DNA from: Nannocystis bainbridge
GTDB lineage: Bacteria; Myxococcota_A; Polyangia; Nannocystales; Nannocystaceae
Direction of reading: 5' to 3'
NCBI RefSeq assembly: GCF_028368995.1
Contig: NZ_JAQNDL010000005.1
Span: 288,001 to 352,000, forward strand
DNA: 64,000 nucleotides
Below the pieces are notes generated by a model. The model was not told where the DNA came from, made no database searches, and was given only the letters and a program-made list of their open reading frames with translations. Position numbers and translations under genes: made by a program. Positions 37,289 to 48,724 of the stretch are shown one piece after another. Every line of letters begins with the position of its first letter. Within the stretch, counting starts at the first letter, position 1.

Positions 37289-38481
37289 GGAGCGCCAGCC
37301 AGCAGCGCCGCCACCTCGTCTTGCCCGTTGAACTCGGCCCACTCGCGCGGCGTCGCCCCGTAGATCGCCTCGCGGGCGTCGACCGCGGCGCCGTGGTCGA
37401 CCAGCGCGCGCACCACCTCCGCGTGGCCGTGGCCGGCGGCCACGTGCAGGGGCGTCGGCAGGCCGGGGCCGGCGAGGCCGTCGACCGCGGCGCCGGCGGC
37501 CAGCAATGCGAGGACCGCGGCCGTGTGGCCCTCGCGCGCCGCCAGGTGCAGGGCCGTCACCTCGGCGGGCGTCTCGGCGAGCAGCCGGCGCGTACGCGCG
37601 TCGATCTCGACGCCGGCGCGCACCAGCACCTCGACCACCTCGGGTCGGCCGTTCTTGGCCGCCAGCGCCAACCACGAGGCCAGCAGCGCCGGCGGCTGCG
37701 GCCCGGCCTGCAGGCGCGCGGCCATCGTCGCCAGGTCGCCGGTGACCAGCGCCGTCGCCACGTCGTCGCCCGCCCCGAGCCCGCGCAGCAGCGCGATCTG
37801 GGCCGCGTCGCCGCGCGCCATCGCCAGCGCCAGCGGCGTGAGGCCGTCGTCGGTGGCCGCGTGCAGCTCGGCCCCGAGCTCGACCAGCAGCGTCAGCGAG
37901 TTCTTGAGCCCGCGCGCGACCGCCAGGTGCAGCGCCGTCATGCCCGCCGACACGAAGCCCATGCGCTGATGCACCGCGCCGGGGTCGGCCGCCACGGCCG
38001 CCCGGATCGCGTCGAGCCCGGACGGCAGCGCGGTGAAGATGTCTTCGCGGGCGCCGGCGGCCCGCAGCAGCCGCGCCACCGCTGGCCGATCCTGATGGCC
38101 CTGCGGCGCCCAGCGGACCACGACGGACCAGCCCAGCGGCGTGAGCGCGAACCACCCGTCGCGCGTCTCGAGCGCGGCGCCGTGGGCCAGCAGCAGCTCG
38201 GCGACCGCGGGCACTCCCATCTCGGCCGCCCAGTGCAGCGCCGTGGTGTCGCTGGCCGCCTCGCGCGCGTGCACGTCGGCGCCGGCCTGCAGCAGCGCGG
38301 CGACCACCGGCTGCTGCCCGCGGTGGGCGGCGAAGATCAGCGGCGTGCTGCCCAGCGACGGATCGCGGGCCCCCGCCAGCGCCGGCTCGGCCTGCACCTG
38401 GGCGACCGCGGCCGCGAGATCGCCGCGCTGGATGGCGTCGAACAGCGCGGACCCGGGAGACGGCTGGGGCGGGGCACTCAT
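37276..38481 (-). CDS. Ankyrin repeat protein
   Basis: Repeated TPL/TALH.AA..G....V..LL..GA. Confidence 0.92.
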   Translation of the reverse strand: MSAPPQPSPGSALFDAIQRGDLAAAVAQVQAEPALAGARDPSLGSTPLIFAAHRGQQPVVAALLQAGADVHAREAASDTTALHWAAEMGVPAVAELLLAHGAALETRDGWFALTPLGWSVVVRWAPQGHQDRPAVARLLRAAGAREDIFTALPSGLDAIRAAVAADPGAVHQRMGFVSAGMTALHLAVARGLKNSLTLLVELGAELHAATDDGLTPLALAMARGDAAQIALLRGLGAGDDVATALVTGDLATMAARLQAGPQPPALLASWLALAAKNGRPEVVEVLVRAGVEIDARTRRLLAETPAEVTALHLAAREGHTAAVLALLAAGAAVDGLAGPGLPTPLHVAAGHGHAEVVRALVDHGAAVDAREAIYGATPREWAEFNGQDEVAALLAGAPGMS

Positions 38482-38616
38482 GCGGCGCCGAGGATCGCCC
38501 GGTTCACCGGCGGCGACAAGCCGCGGTCCCGCGCACGACCTGGCCTTCGGGACAGATCGAAGCGCGACCCGCGGCCGGCGCCGAGGAGCGTTCCGTCAAT
38601 CATCCTCGCCACTTGG

Positions 38617-38672
38617 CAAAAACGTTCAAAAAAGATCCGCCGCCGTGTCGATCCGGCTCGGCCTCGTTCGAC
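38617..38672 (+). promoter_or_regulatory. Putative ECF42-type promoter (TGTCGA-N17-CGAC) with upstream A-tracts
   Basis: TGTCGA at 38646 and CGAC at 38669, directly upstream of a DGPF gene. This is the published target architecture of ECF42 sigma factors. Confidence 0.6.
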
Positions 38673-38733
38673 GTGGTCCTGAAGGCCGGGCGCGCCGCTG
38701 CGACCGGGCCTCTCACGACGAAAGGGTACCGAC

Positions 38734-39099
38734 ATGCGATTCATGATGATGGTCAAGGCTGACGAGCGTGGCGCCCCCCCGAGCCCCGAGCTGATGGCCG
38801 AGATGAGCGAGTTCATCGCCGAGACCCGGCGGGCCGGCGTGCTGCTCGACACCGCCGGCCTCGCCCCGATGGCGATGGGCACCCGGATCCGCGCCGCGGG
38901 CGGCGAGCTGACCGTGACCGACGGCCCGTTCGCCGAGGCCAAGGAGGTCGTCGGCGGGTTTGCGATCGTGAAGGCGAGCACCAAGGAGGAGGCGGTCGAG
39001 CTCGGCCGGCGCTTCATGCAGGTGCACACCCGCGTGCTCGGCGGCGCCTACACCGGCGAATGCGAGATCCGGCAGATGTTCGGCCCGGACGACGCCTGA
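38734..39099 (+). CDS. YciI/DGPF family protein
   Basis: MRFMMMVK, VTDGPFAEAKEVVGGF, CEIRQ. Confidence 0.92.
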   Translation: MRFMMMVKADERGAPPSPELMAEMSEFIAETRRAGVLLDTAGLAPMAMGTRIRAAGGELTVTDGPFAEAKEVVGGFAIVKASTKEEAVELGRRFMQVHTRVLGGAYTGECEIRQMFGPDDA

Positions 39100-39169
39100 A
39101 TCGCGACTGCCACCATTGCCTGTTCACACCGCATTGGCTCCCTACCCCCTTCGAATCCGGAGATCGATC

Positions 39170-39562
39170 ATGCCCACCTCCTCCTCTCACAAGCGCGCCC
39201 GCGCCGGCCGCATCCTCAGCGCCTTGCCGGTGCTGTTCCTCCTCGCCGACGCCGTCGGCAAGTTCGTCCAGCCCGAGGCGGTCGTCACCGCCTCGGCCGA
39301 GCTCGGGTTCCCGCCCGAGACGCTCGTGGCCCTCGGCGCGCTCGAGGCCACCTGCGCCGTCCTGTTCGCCCTGCCCCGCACCGCCGTGCTCGGCGCCGTC
39401 CTGCTCACCGGTTACCTCGGCGGCGCCACGGCGACCCACGTCATCCACGGCTCGTCGTTCGGGTTCACCGTGGTGTTCGGCGCGATCGTGTGGCTCGCCA
39501 TGCTGCTGCGCGACGATCGCCTGCTGGCCCTGATGCCGCTCCGCCACCCGCGTTCGCTGTGA
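39170..39562 (+). CDS. DoxX family membrane protein
   Basis: DAVGKF, LG.LE, PRTAVLGAVLLTGYLGGA.ATH. Confidence 0.88.
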   Translation: MPTSSSHKRARAGRILSALPVLFLLADAVGKFVQPEAVVTASAELGFPPETLVALGALEATCAVLFALPRTAVLGAVLLTGYLGGATATHVIHGSSFGFTVVFGAIVWLAMLLRDDRLLALMPLRHPRSL

Positions 39563-39565
39563 GCG

Positions 39566-41218
<1,653 letters not shown>

Positions 41219-41444
41219 CGGGCCCGCAACGTAGCACAAGCGTCCGCGAGCCGGCTCGCGTCGAAGTCCGAACCGGAGGGCGCCTGTCACGGCCGAAACG
41301 CGCCCTGTACCCGGGTGTTCCCCGGCGACCCCGGCCCGGTGTCCTCCGGTCCGCGGGAGTTGGAAGCGCACCGCGCGCAAGCGCCCGCGCACGCACACAC
41401 GCCGAAGATCGCCTGGCGCAGCCGAGCCCGGGGGCGCGCATGAA

Positions 41445-41723
41445 CCTGTCCTTCAGGACATCCGCGCCGGCGGCTGCCTCGACAGCCGGTCCCGAGAGAC
41501 AGGACCGGCGCGCCGCGGCGGACCGTCACCTGTCCCGTGGGACATCTTCTTCGTCGCGTGCCGCGAGCGCCGCCCGGCGATCGCGTCGCGGCCACCTGTC
41601 CCACGGCACATACGGCCGTCGCCATTACACTCGAGCCGTGTCCTCGAGGCCACCAAGCGAACGGGCCCGGATCTACCGGGCCCATCCGCCGCATCAGGCT
41701 CGTCACCTGTCCCGGAGGACAGC
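41445..41723. repeat. Cluster of six separated single TGTCC-N4-GGACA-type sites
   Basis: Core pairs at 41445/59, 41486/500, 41529/43, 41595/609, 41637/51, 41706/20. Confidence 0.75.
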
Positions 41724-41734
41724 CGATTTGCCCG

Positions 41735-42544
41735 TCACATGCAGCCCGGCACCCAGTCGGGGGGGCTGCAATCCTCGAAGCCCTGGAGAATGCAGCCGGA
41801 CGGCGCGTCCCAGGCCTTGTCGGGCTCGCCCACCTTGCAGACGACCGGGATGAACGGCGGGCACGCGCCGCCGTTGGCGATGCAGCCCAGGAAATCCTGG
41901 TTCCCGTAATCGGCGCACAGATCGCCGTCGACCTCGACGTGGGGCGCGCCGTAGATCGCCCGGCACTCGGAGGGCTCGTCCAGGCACTCGGCCTCGTCCA
42001 GCGACTCGCACGTATCGCAGTACACCAGCGCCGGCGCCTCGCAGGCCGTGAATCCGGCTGGCGCGCAGCCGGTGTCGACGAGGTCGTAGATCGCGTCGGT
42101 GCCGTCCTCGCAGAAGATCGTGCTGTTGTGCTCGCACTCCTGGGGCTCCGAGCAGCCGAGGAAGACCAGGCCCTCGCTGCAGCCGGGGAACTCGAGCGCC
42201 TTGCCGTGGTACGCCTGGCATCCGTAGGCCTCGCAGTCGGCCTCGCCGAGCTCGACGCACTCGGGCGGGATCGCCATGCCGGTGGTCGAAGTCTCGACCA
42301 GAGTCGTCTCCGACGGGTCGAACATCGTCGTCGCGGTCTGCCAGGGCTCTTCCGGCGCGTCGGTCGTCCCGCCGGTGGTGCCCACGCTGGACTCGCCGTC
42401 AGTGGCCGTCGGGTCGCCCGTGGTGCCGGACGAACCACTGTCGGTCGCCGAGAGGTTGCCGAGCTTGGTCGGCAGCTCGCACGCGGCCAGCGCGAGCGTG
42501 ATCGTGATCGTAAGGATGCGGGGGACGTAAGCGAAGTTGTTCAT
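41735..42544 (-). CDS. Cys-rich lipoprotein with internal repeat
   Basis: LAAC lipobox, Thr-rich linker, two C..L.E..C....C....G...FLGC repeats. Confidence 0.8.
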   Translation of the reverse strand: MNNFAYVPRILTITITLALAACELPTKLGNLSATDSGSSGTTGDPTATDGESSVGTTGGTTDAPEEPWQTATTMFDPSETTLVETSTTGMAIPPECVELGEADCEAYGCQAYHGKALEFPGCSEGLVFLGCSEPQECEHNSTIFCEDGTDAIYDLVDTGCAPAGFTACEAPALVYCDTCESLDEAECLDEPSECRAIYGAPHVEVDGDLCADYGNQDFLGCIANGGACPPFIPVVCKVGEPDKAWDAPSGCILQGFEDCSPPDWVPGCM

Positions 42545-42586
42545 GTCGTTGCCTCACCCTCTCGTCTCCGACCGTCGGCCCGTCCG

Positions 42587-43816
42587 TCACTGCCCGCAGC
42601 GATTAAAATGGCCGAACCGCTGGGCCACCGCCGACGCCGGGAATGTGCGCACCAGCGATTGCGCCGCCGACAGCGCCGCGGGCTCGTCGCCGAGTCGGCA
42701 CAGCGCCTCGATGCGCGCCGCCTCGCGCACGTCCGCCAGCGCCCCGCCGGGGAACCGCTGCGCGTGCTCGGCCACCCCGGCCAGCGCCGCTGCCGGATCG
42801 CCGGCCGCCAGCTGCGCCTGCACGCGATCGATCGCCGCCACCTCCGCGGCCAGCCGCGCCCCCGCGTCGCTCGCCTCGGGCTTCGGCGCCTCCGCCTCGC
42901 TCGTCGCCCGCGGGCTCGCGGCGCTCTGGGAGGATGTCCCTTTGGACATGTCCTTCGGGACCTGCACCGGGATCACCGCCGGCGCGGCGATCGGCGCCGG
43001 CGTCGGCGCGGCCGCGAGGACCGGGCCCGGCTGCTTCGCCGCCACGACCGGCGCGCTGGCCACGGACGGGCGCTCGGCCGCGCGGGCCGGCGCGCGCGCG
43101 ACCACCAGCCCGATGGTCGCCGCTCCGGCCACGATCATCGTCGTCGCCGCCGCCGTCTGCGAAGTCACCCACGCCGCCAGCCCGACCTTCGCCGCGCTCT
43201 TGCCGAACATCGGCAGCATCAGGCCCCACGTGCGCGACTCGGCCTCGCGCGGCGGCGCCTGGCGCTGGCGGGAGGCGTCGCGCAGCGAATCGAGGCGACC
43301 GCCGATCACCAGCGCCTGCAGCTGCTGCCGCGCCAGTCGCAGCCGCGAATACACCGTATTGACCGGCAGCCCCAGCTCCGACGCGATCTCCGGCGCGCTC
43401 ATCCCCAGCAGCTCCGTCATCTCCCACACCGTGCGGTTGCCGTCGGCCAGCTCGCCGAGCACGCGCGTCAGCAGCTGGGCGTCGTCGTGGCGCTGCTGCG
43501 GCGCCGCGGCCTGCGGGCGGGCCAGCTCGGCGAACGCCGCGTGGCGCCGGGCCAGGCGCGCGGCCCCGCGGCGGTGGCGGAACGCGACCCGGCGGGTCAC
43601 CCCGAACAGCCAGGCCCGCGGCGACACCTCGAAATGCAGCTCCTCGAGCCGGCGGTACGCGGTCAAGAACACCTCCTGGACCACGTCGTCGACCGTGCCG
43701 CCCGGCACGCCGAAGTGCTGGGCCGCCGACCACACGAACGCGAATTCGGCGCGATACAGCGCCTGAAAGCGTCGCAGGTGGGGTTCGTCCTCGTGAGCGG
43801 TTTCGCGCGGGGTCAT
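42587..43816 (-). CDS. ECF sigma factor fused to a TM segment and C-terminal TPR-like domain
   Basis: F..LY...F.FVW, DDVVQEVF, WLFGV.RR, EIA.ELG.P.NTVYSRLR.AR, then TM, Pro/Ala linker and LAAE...H...FP.G.L..RE...I.ALC. Confidence 0.85.
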   Translation of the reverse strand: MTPRETAHEDEPHLRRFQALYRAEFAFVWSAAQHFGVPGGTVDDVVQEVFLTAYRRLEELHFEVSPRAWLFGVTRRVAFRHRRGAARLARRHAAFAELARPQAAAPQQRHDDAQLLTRVLGELADGNRTVWEMTELLGMSAPEIASELGLPVNTVYSRLRLARQQLQALVIGGRLDSLRDASRQRQAPPREAESRTWGLMLPMFGKSAAKVGLAAWVTSQTAAATTMIVAGAATIGLVVARAPARAAERPSVASAPVVAAKQPGPVLAAAPTPAPIAAPAVIPVQVPKDMSKGTSSQSAASPRATSEAEAPKPEASDAGARLAAEVAAIDRVQAQLAAGDPAAALAGVAEHAQRFPGGALADVREAARIEALCRLGDEPAALSAAQSLVRTFPASAVAQRFGHFNRCGQ

Positions 43817-43863
43817 CGCCGGTCCGGCTGGTGCCCACGATTCTCCGGCCTGCCGGCGATCCG

Positions 43864-44880
43864 TCACCATGGATCTCCGAACCGCATCTCGACCCCCAGG
43901 AGCAGCCGCCCCGACGCCCACGGCGTCCACAGCGGCACCGGCTCCGGGGCCGCGTCGAGCTCGAACTGCGGGTGCACCGGCGACAGCGCCAGCTGCAGCG
44001 CGCCCCACACGCTCCAGCGGGCCCCGGCGTGCCACGCCAGCCCGGCCCCGAGCACCCCCGCCAGCCAGCCCTGCGCCGCCGCCCGGCCCGTCGCCAGCCC
44101 GCGCGCCTCGCCGCGCATCGCCCCCGCCTCGAGCCCGACGCACAGCGGCACCTCGACGGGCCCGCGCCCCAGCCGGCCGCAGCCGTGCACCGCCCCGGCG
44201 AACAGCCCCGCCCGCACCTCGACCTGAAACCCGGCCACGTCGCGCACCTCGCCCCGCGGCGCCACGAACAGCCCCTGGACCTCGACCCGCCAGCGCGGCC
44301 ACAGCAGCCCGCCCGCGAGCCCGACCGCCCCGGTGATCCGCGGCGCCGCCCCCAGCTCGCCGCCGCCGTGCAGGCGCACGAACCCGCCTGGCCGTTTGGA
44401 CCTGTCTGAAGAGACAGTCTCGCGCGCCGGCTCGGGCTCCGCGATCGGCGCGAACCGATCGTCCAGCGGCTCGGCCGTCACCGCCTCCACGACCGGCTCC
44501 GGCCGCGGCTCGCTCGCGACCTCGGGCTCGGCCTCGCTCGCGGGCGCCGGCACGCGGGCCGGCTCGACCGCGGCGGCCACCAGCAGCGCCACCACGTCGG
44601 CCAGGGCCGCGCACGACGGGTCGCTGACCTCGCGGGTCTCACCGCGCTCGCCGGCGGTCAGCCGCAGCCGCAGGGTGAAGCCCCGCTCGCCGCGCACCAC
44701 CGTCGCCTCGACCGCGGCCTCCTCGGCCGTCAGCGGCCGGCCCAGCCGGCGCGCGACCGCCCCCAGCACCTCCGCGCGCTCGGGGCAGCCCGCCGGCGCG
44801 CGCCACTGCAGCGCGTCCTCGGACGGCGCGGGCACCTGCGCCGCGCCGAGCAGCGGCGCGAGGGCGAGGCGCACGAGCAT
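43864..44880 (-). CDS. Secreted protein with WRAPAGCP domain and C-terminal beta-barrel-like region
   Basis: Signal-like N-terminus, W.AP.GCP...C, Pro/Glu linker, alternating beta-strands ending GVEMRF. Confidence 0.7.
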   Translation of the reverse strand: MLVRLALAPLLGAAQVPAPSEDALQWRAPAGCPERAEVLGAVARRLGRPLTAEEAAVEATVVRGERGFTLRLRLTAGERGETREVSDPSCAALADVVALLVAAAVEPARVPAPASEAEPEVASEPRPEPVVEAVTAEPLDDRFAPIAEPEPARETVSSDRSKRPGGFVRLHGGGELGAAPRITGAVGLAGGLLWPRWRVEVQGLFVAPRGEVRDVAGFQVEVRAGLFAGAVHGCGRLGRGPVEVPLCVGLEAGAMRGEARGLATGRAAAQGWLAGVLGAGLAWHAGARWSVWGALQLALSPVHPQFELDAAPEPVPLWTPWASGRLLLGVEMRFGDPW

Positions 44881-45017
44881 CGTCGGCCCAACATACCACG
44901 CGACCGCCTGCGGCGAGCGCCCGCGCGCGGACCCGCCCGCCACCTCTGCGCACATGGATGGGTCCGATCGTCGCACCGCCCGGCGACACCGCGAGGGCCC
45001 GGCTACGATCGCCGCGC

Positions 45018-45476
45018 ATGAACCTCGAAGCCTGGCTGCAGCCCCTGATCTGGCTCGCCGGCGTCGGCCAGATCGCCCTCGCGCTCGCCTCGCTGGCGAT
45101 CCCGCGGCAGCTCGGCTGGCGACTCAAGCTGGCCGGCATGTCGCCGCTGCTCCGGCAGATGTTCTGGGTCTACGCCGCCTACATCCTCGGCACCAACCTC
45201 GCATTCGGCCTGGTGTCCGCGCTGGCGCCCGCGAGCCTGCTCGACGGCAGCCCGCTGGCCGCCGCGGTGTGCACATTCATCGCCATCTATTGGCTGTCGC
45301 GGGTCGTCGTGCAATGGACCTACTTCGACCTGACCGAGCTGCCGCGCTCGCGCTTCAACACCTTCGCGCGCGTCTCGCTCGAGCTCGCGTTCGTGGCCCT
45401 GACCGTCGTCTACGCCGCGGCCGCGTACACCAATGGCTGCGCTCCCCGGGCCGACTTCCATGCCGATCGCCGTTGA
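45018..45476 (+). CDS. 4-TM membrane protein
   Basis: IP..LGW...L....PL.RQMFWVY..YI; hydrophobic segments; overlaps the next gene. Confidence 0.75.
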   Translation: MNLEAWLQPLIWLAGVGQIALALASLAIPRQLGWRLKLAGMSPLLRQMFWVYAAYILGTNLAFGLVSALAPASLLDGSPLAAAVCTFIAIYWLSRVVVQWTYFDLTELPRSRFNTFARVSLELAFVALTVVYAAAAYTNGCAPRADFHADRR

Positions 45477-46413
45477 CGTGGCGCTCGCCGTCACCGGCGC
45501 GGCGCTGAGCGGGGTGCTCGCCGTCGGCTTCGTGCTGCCGCGATTGCGCGATCGGGCGGCCGCCCGCGCGCTCGCGTGGACGAACGTGCTCACCGGCCTC
45601 GTCGCCGTCCTGCTCGCCTGCGTCGCCGCGCCGGCCGGCTTTCGCATGTTTGCGATCTGCGGCGTGGTCCTGTTCGCCATGAAGGGCGTGGTCGCCGTCG
45701 AGGAGCGCCACGCCCACGATCGCCGGCTCGATCCGCTCGCGTGGATCGGCTGGGCCGCGGCGTGGCCCGGCATGCGCCCCGACCTGTTCGCCGCCCTCCC
45801 GTGGCGCCCGTTGCCCGGCGCCGGCGCGCTGCTGCGCAAGGGCGCGATCCGCCTCGGCGTCGGCGTCCTGTGCCTGCTCGCCGCGCGCCTCGTATTCCCC
45901 CGCTCCGAGCTGCTCGCCGCCGCCCTGGCCCTGCCCGGCCTCAGCCTGGTGCTCCACTTCGGCCTCTTCAACCTGCTCGCCGGCGCCTGGCGCCTGGTCG
46001 GCGTCCCCGCGTATTCGCTGTTCGACCACCCGCTCGCTGCTCGCGGCCTGTCCGAGTTCTGGGGCCGCCGCTGGAACCTCCCCTTCACCGAGATGACGCA
46101 GCGCGCCGTCTATCGCCCGCTGCTGCCCGCGCTCGGCCGCGACCGCGCCGCCGTGCTCGCGTTCGCCTTCTCGGGCCTGCTCCACGAGGTGGCCATCAGC
46201 CTCCCGGTCCGCGCCGGCTTCGGCGGGCCGATGCTGTACTTCCTGCTCCACGGCGGCGCCACCCGCCTGGAGCCGCGCCTGCGCCCCGCCTTCGCGCGCC
46301 GCCCGTGGCTGGCCCACGCCTGGACCGTCGGGTGGTTGGTGCTGCCGATGCCGCTGCTGTTCCACCCGCCGTTCCTCCGCGGCGTGGTCTGGCCATTGCT
46401 CGGCCTCGCGTGA
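45460..46413 (+). CDS. Membrane-bound O-acyltransferase (MBOAT_2/wax synthase-like)
   Basis: LF..PL...LSEFWGRRWN, F.FSGLLHE, YF.LHG. Confidence 0.88.
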   Translation: MPIAVDVALAVTGAALSGVLAVGFVLPRLRDRAAARALAWTNVLTGLVAVLLACVAAPAGFRMFAICGVVLFAMKGVVAVEERHAHDRRLDPLAWIGWAAAWPGMRPDLFAALPWRPLPGAGALLRKGAIRLGVGVLCLLAARLVFPRSELLAAALALPGLSLVLHFGLFNLLAGAWRLVGVPAYSLFDHPLAARGLSEFWGRRWNLPFTEMTQRAVYRPLLPALGRDRAAVLAFAFSGLLHEVAISLPVRAGFGGPMLYFLLHGGATRLEPRLRPAFARRPWLAHAWTVGWLVLPMPLLFHPPFLRGVVWPLLGLA

Positions 46414-46428
46414 GGCGGGCGCAAATGC

Positions 46429-46480
46429 ATGCATGTCCCATTCGACATGTTTATAAAAACATGTCCTTACGGCCATGCAT
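46429..46480. repeat. 14-bp-phased palindrome array (4 cores)
   Basis: CATG at 46432, 46446, 46460, 46474; one unit reads TGTTT-ATAA-AAACA. Confidence 0.88.
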
Positions 46481-46605
46481 CATCGCACCCGTCGCCGCGA
46501 TCGCGCCGACGCACGACCTCCCGGTCGCGCCTGGCGCCGTGGAAGGTCGATCCCGCGCGGCACGGCGCCCTGTCGTGCGCGGCTCGCTCGCGTTACCATC
46601 GCCGC

Positions 46606-47115
46606 GTGAACTTCTCGGCCCGGCTCGCCCCCCACCGCTCGACCTGGGCCATCGTCCGCCTCACCTGGGCCCCGCTGTTCGTCACGATGGCGGTCGTCCT
46701 CGGCGCCTCGGCGCTGCGCAGCGCCGCCCCGACGGCCGCCGACGGCTTCGCGTTCCTCGCCGGCCCGCTCTTCATCGCCGCGGTGGTCTACGTCGTCTTC
46801 ACCTGGAAGCGCGGGCCGATGCTCACGATCGAGGGCGGCACCCTGAGCCTCGGCGAGCGGCGGATCGCCGTCGCCGAGGTCCAGGCCAGCGTCGAGCAGC
46901 ACGTCTTCAAGGTCTCGTCGCGCTACATCCGCGGCACCTTCTGGCACCCGCTGCTGGCGCTGCGCCTGCCCGACGGCAGCACCGTCCGCATCGTCTGTCC
47001 CCTCGGCGGCGGCGGCGAGGCCAGCGGGCGCAAGCCCTCGCCGGCCCCGGATTACAACCTCGAGCCCGCCCCGTGGAACGAGCTCGCGGCCTTGCTCGGC
47101 GCCAGCGGCCGCTGA
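46606..47115 (+). CDS. Hypothetical 2-TM membrane protein
   Basis: GTG start inferred. Two TM segments followed by a beta-rich (PH-like) domain; typical codon usage. Confidence 0.65.
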   Translation: MNFSARLAPHRSTWAIVRLTWAPLFVTMAVVLGASALRSAAPTAADGFAFLAGPLFIAAVVYVVFTWKRGPMLTIEGGTLSLGERRIAVAEVQASVEQHVFKVSSRYIRGTFWHPLLALRLPDGSTVRIVCPLGGGGEASGRKPSPAPDYNLEPAPWNELAALLGASGR

Positions 47116-47122
47116 AGCGGGC

Positions 47123-48724
47123 TCACGGCGTGCAAGCGGCCGGGCCGACCCTGACGTCGTCGACGTTCCAGCTGCCGACCAGATACACCAGAGTGCTGCC
47201 GACGTTGAAGCACCAGCGCGCGCGGAAGTCGGCGTTCTTGTGCGGCGTGACGTTGTACGAGAAGAACTTCCACTCGGTGTCGTAGGTCCCGGTCGCGAGC
47301 GTCTCCCAGAGGACCACCCAGTTGGTGCCGTTGTACACCGACAGCGTGTTCTTCATGTACGGCGTATAATCGCTGTTGATGTAGCGCCAGTACGACAGGT
47401 GGACGTCGGCCGGCGCCGCGGACAGATCGATCGTCGGGCTCTCGAGGCAGTAGTAGTCGTGGATGGTGGAGTTGGGGATGCAGCCGCCGAGGACGACACC
47501 GGCGACGCCGTTGTCGTCGGTCGGGGTGTGGTCCAGCGCGGGGTCCTGGCCGTTCTGGCAGCCGACCGACGCGGCCGCGGGGCCGATCGCCCACTGCGTA
47601 CCGAGCGTCCAGCCGGCGCCGTTGTCCGAGAAGTCCTCGTTGAAGAGATCCTCGAGCGACGGGCCGCACACGCCGGCGTCGCACACCTCGAGGTTGGTGC
47701 AGGAGTTGCCGTCGTCGCACGCGGTGCCGTCCTGGACCTCCTGGGCGAAGCAGCCACTCACCGGGTCGCAGGCGCCGGTATGACAGGCGCCGGCCTCGCC
47801 GCTGCAATCGAGCGGAGTGCCGCCGCCGCAGCTACCGGCGTTGCAAGTGCTGCCCTCGAAGCAGACGGTGCCGTCCTCGCACGCCTGGCCGTCGTTGACC
47901 GGCTCGGCGACGCAGGTGAAGCCCGGCATCTGACACGCGCCCTCGGTGCAATCGCCGTCGAGCATGTCGCAGTCGGCGTCGCTCAGGCACAGCGGCGCGG
48001 TGCACAGGCCGAGCGTGCAGATCGCCGACAGGCAGTCGCTGTCCTCGAGGCACAGCCCCTCGCCGAGGCAGCCGTTGCAGGTCGCCCCGCCGCAGTCGAC
48101 GTCCGTCTCGTCCTGGTTGAGCACGCCGTCGCCGCAGGTCGCCTGGGCGCACGCGCCGTCGGTGCACACGCCGCTGGCACAGTCGCTGGCCTCGGCGCAC
48201 GCGAGCGCGTCGCCGCAGGCCGGGCAGGTCGCGCCGCCGCAGTCGACGTCCGTCTCGTCGGCGTTCTTGACCAGGTCCTCGCAGCTCGGCGCCGCACACA
48301 CGCCGCCGACGCAGCTGCCGATCTCACAGTCGCCGTCCTGCGTGCACTGGAGGCCGTCGGCGCACGGCGAGCAGGAGCCGCCGCAGTCGACGTCGGTCTC
48401 GTCCTGGTTGAGCGTGCCGTCGTCGCACGAGGCCGCGGGCTCGGTGGTGACCTCGGTGGTGCTCGGGTGCAGCGTCGAGTCCGAGGAGGCCGTCTCGTCG
48501 GCGGTGGTGCTCGTCGAGGTCGTCGGCGTCCCCGTCGTCGTCGTCGTCGAAGTCGGCGGCTCGTTTGTGGTGACCGGCGTCCCAGTCGTCCCCGGTTCGC
48601 CGGTGCTGGTGTCGGTGGTACTGGCGGATACTTGCCCGTCCGTGGTCGTCGTGCCGGCGTCTCCGCAGCCAGCGAGCGCGAGGGCGCCGACGAAGAGCGA
48701 TACTTGGGTCCGTGGGGTGGTCAT
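47123..48724 (-). CDS. Cys-rich surface lipoprotein with ETDVDCGG repeats and a C-terminal beta-sandwich
   Basis: LAGC lipobox, Thr tract, three N.DETDVDCGG repeats, CDDGN.CT, LESPTIDLS...WNVDDV. Confidence 0.85.
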   Translation of the reverse strand: MTTPRTQVSLFVGALALAGCGDAGTTTTDGQVSASTTDTSTGEPGTTGTPVTTNEPPTSTTTTTGTPTTSTSTTADETASSDSTLHPSTTEVTTEPAASCDDGTLNQDETDVDCGGSCSPCADGLQCTQDGDCEIGSCVGGVCAAPSCEDLVKNADETDVDCGGATCPACGDALACAEASDCASGVCTDGACAQATCGDGVLNQDETDVDCGGATCNGCLGEGLCLEDSDCLSAICTLGLCTAPLCLSDADCDMLDGDCTEGACQMPGFTCVAEPVNDGQACEDGTVCFEGSTCNAGSCGGGTPLDCSGEAGACHTGACDPVSGCFAQEVQDGTACDDGNSCTNLEVCDAGVCGPSLEDLFNEDFSDNGAGWTLGTQWAIGPAAASVGCQNGQDPALDHTPTDDNGVAGVVLGGCIPNSTIHDYYCLESPTIDLSAAPADVHLSYWRYINSDYTPYMKNTLSVYNGTNWVVLWETLATGTYDTEWKFFSYNVTPHKNADFRARWCFNVGSTLVYLVGSWNVDDVRVGPAACTP

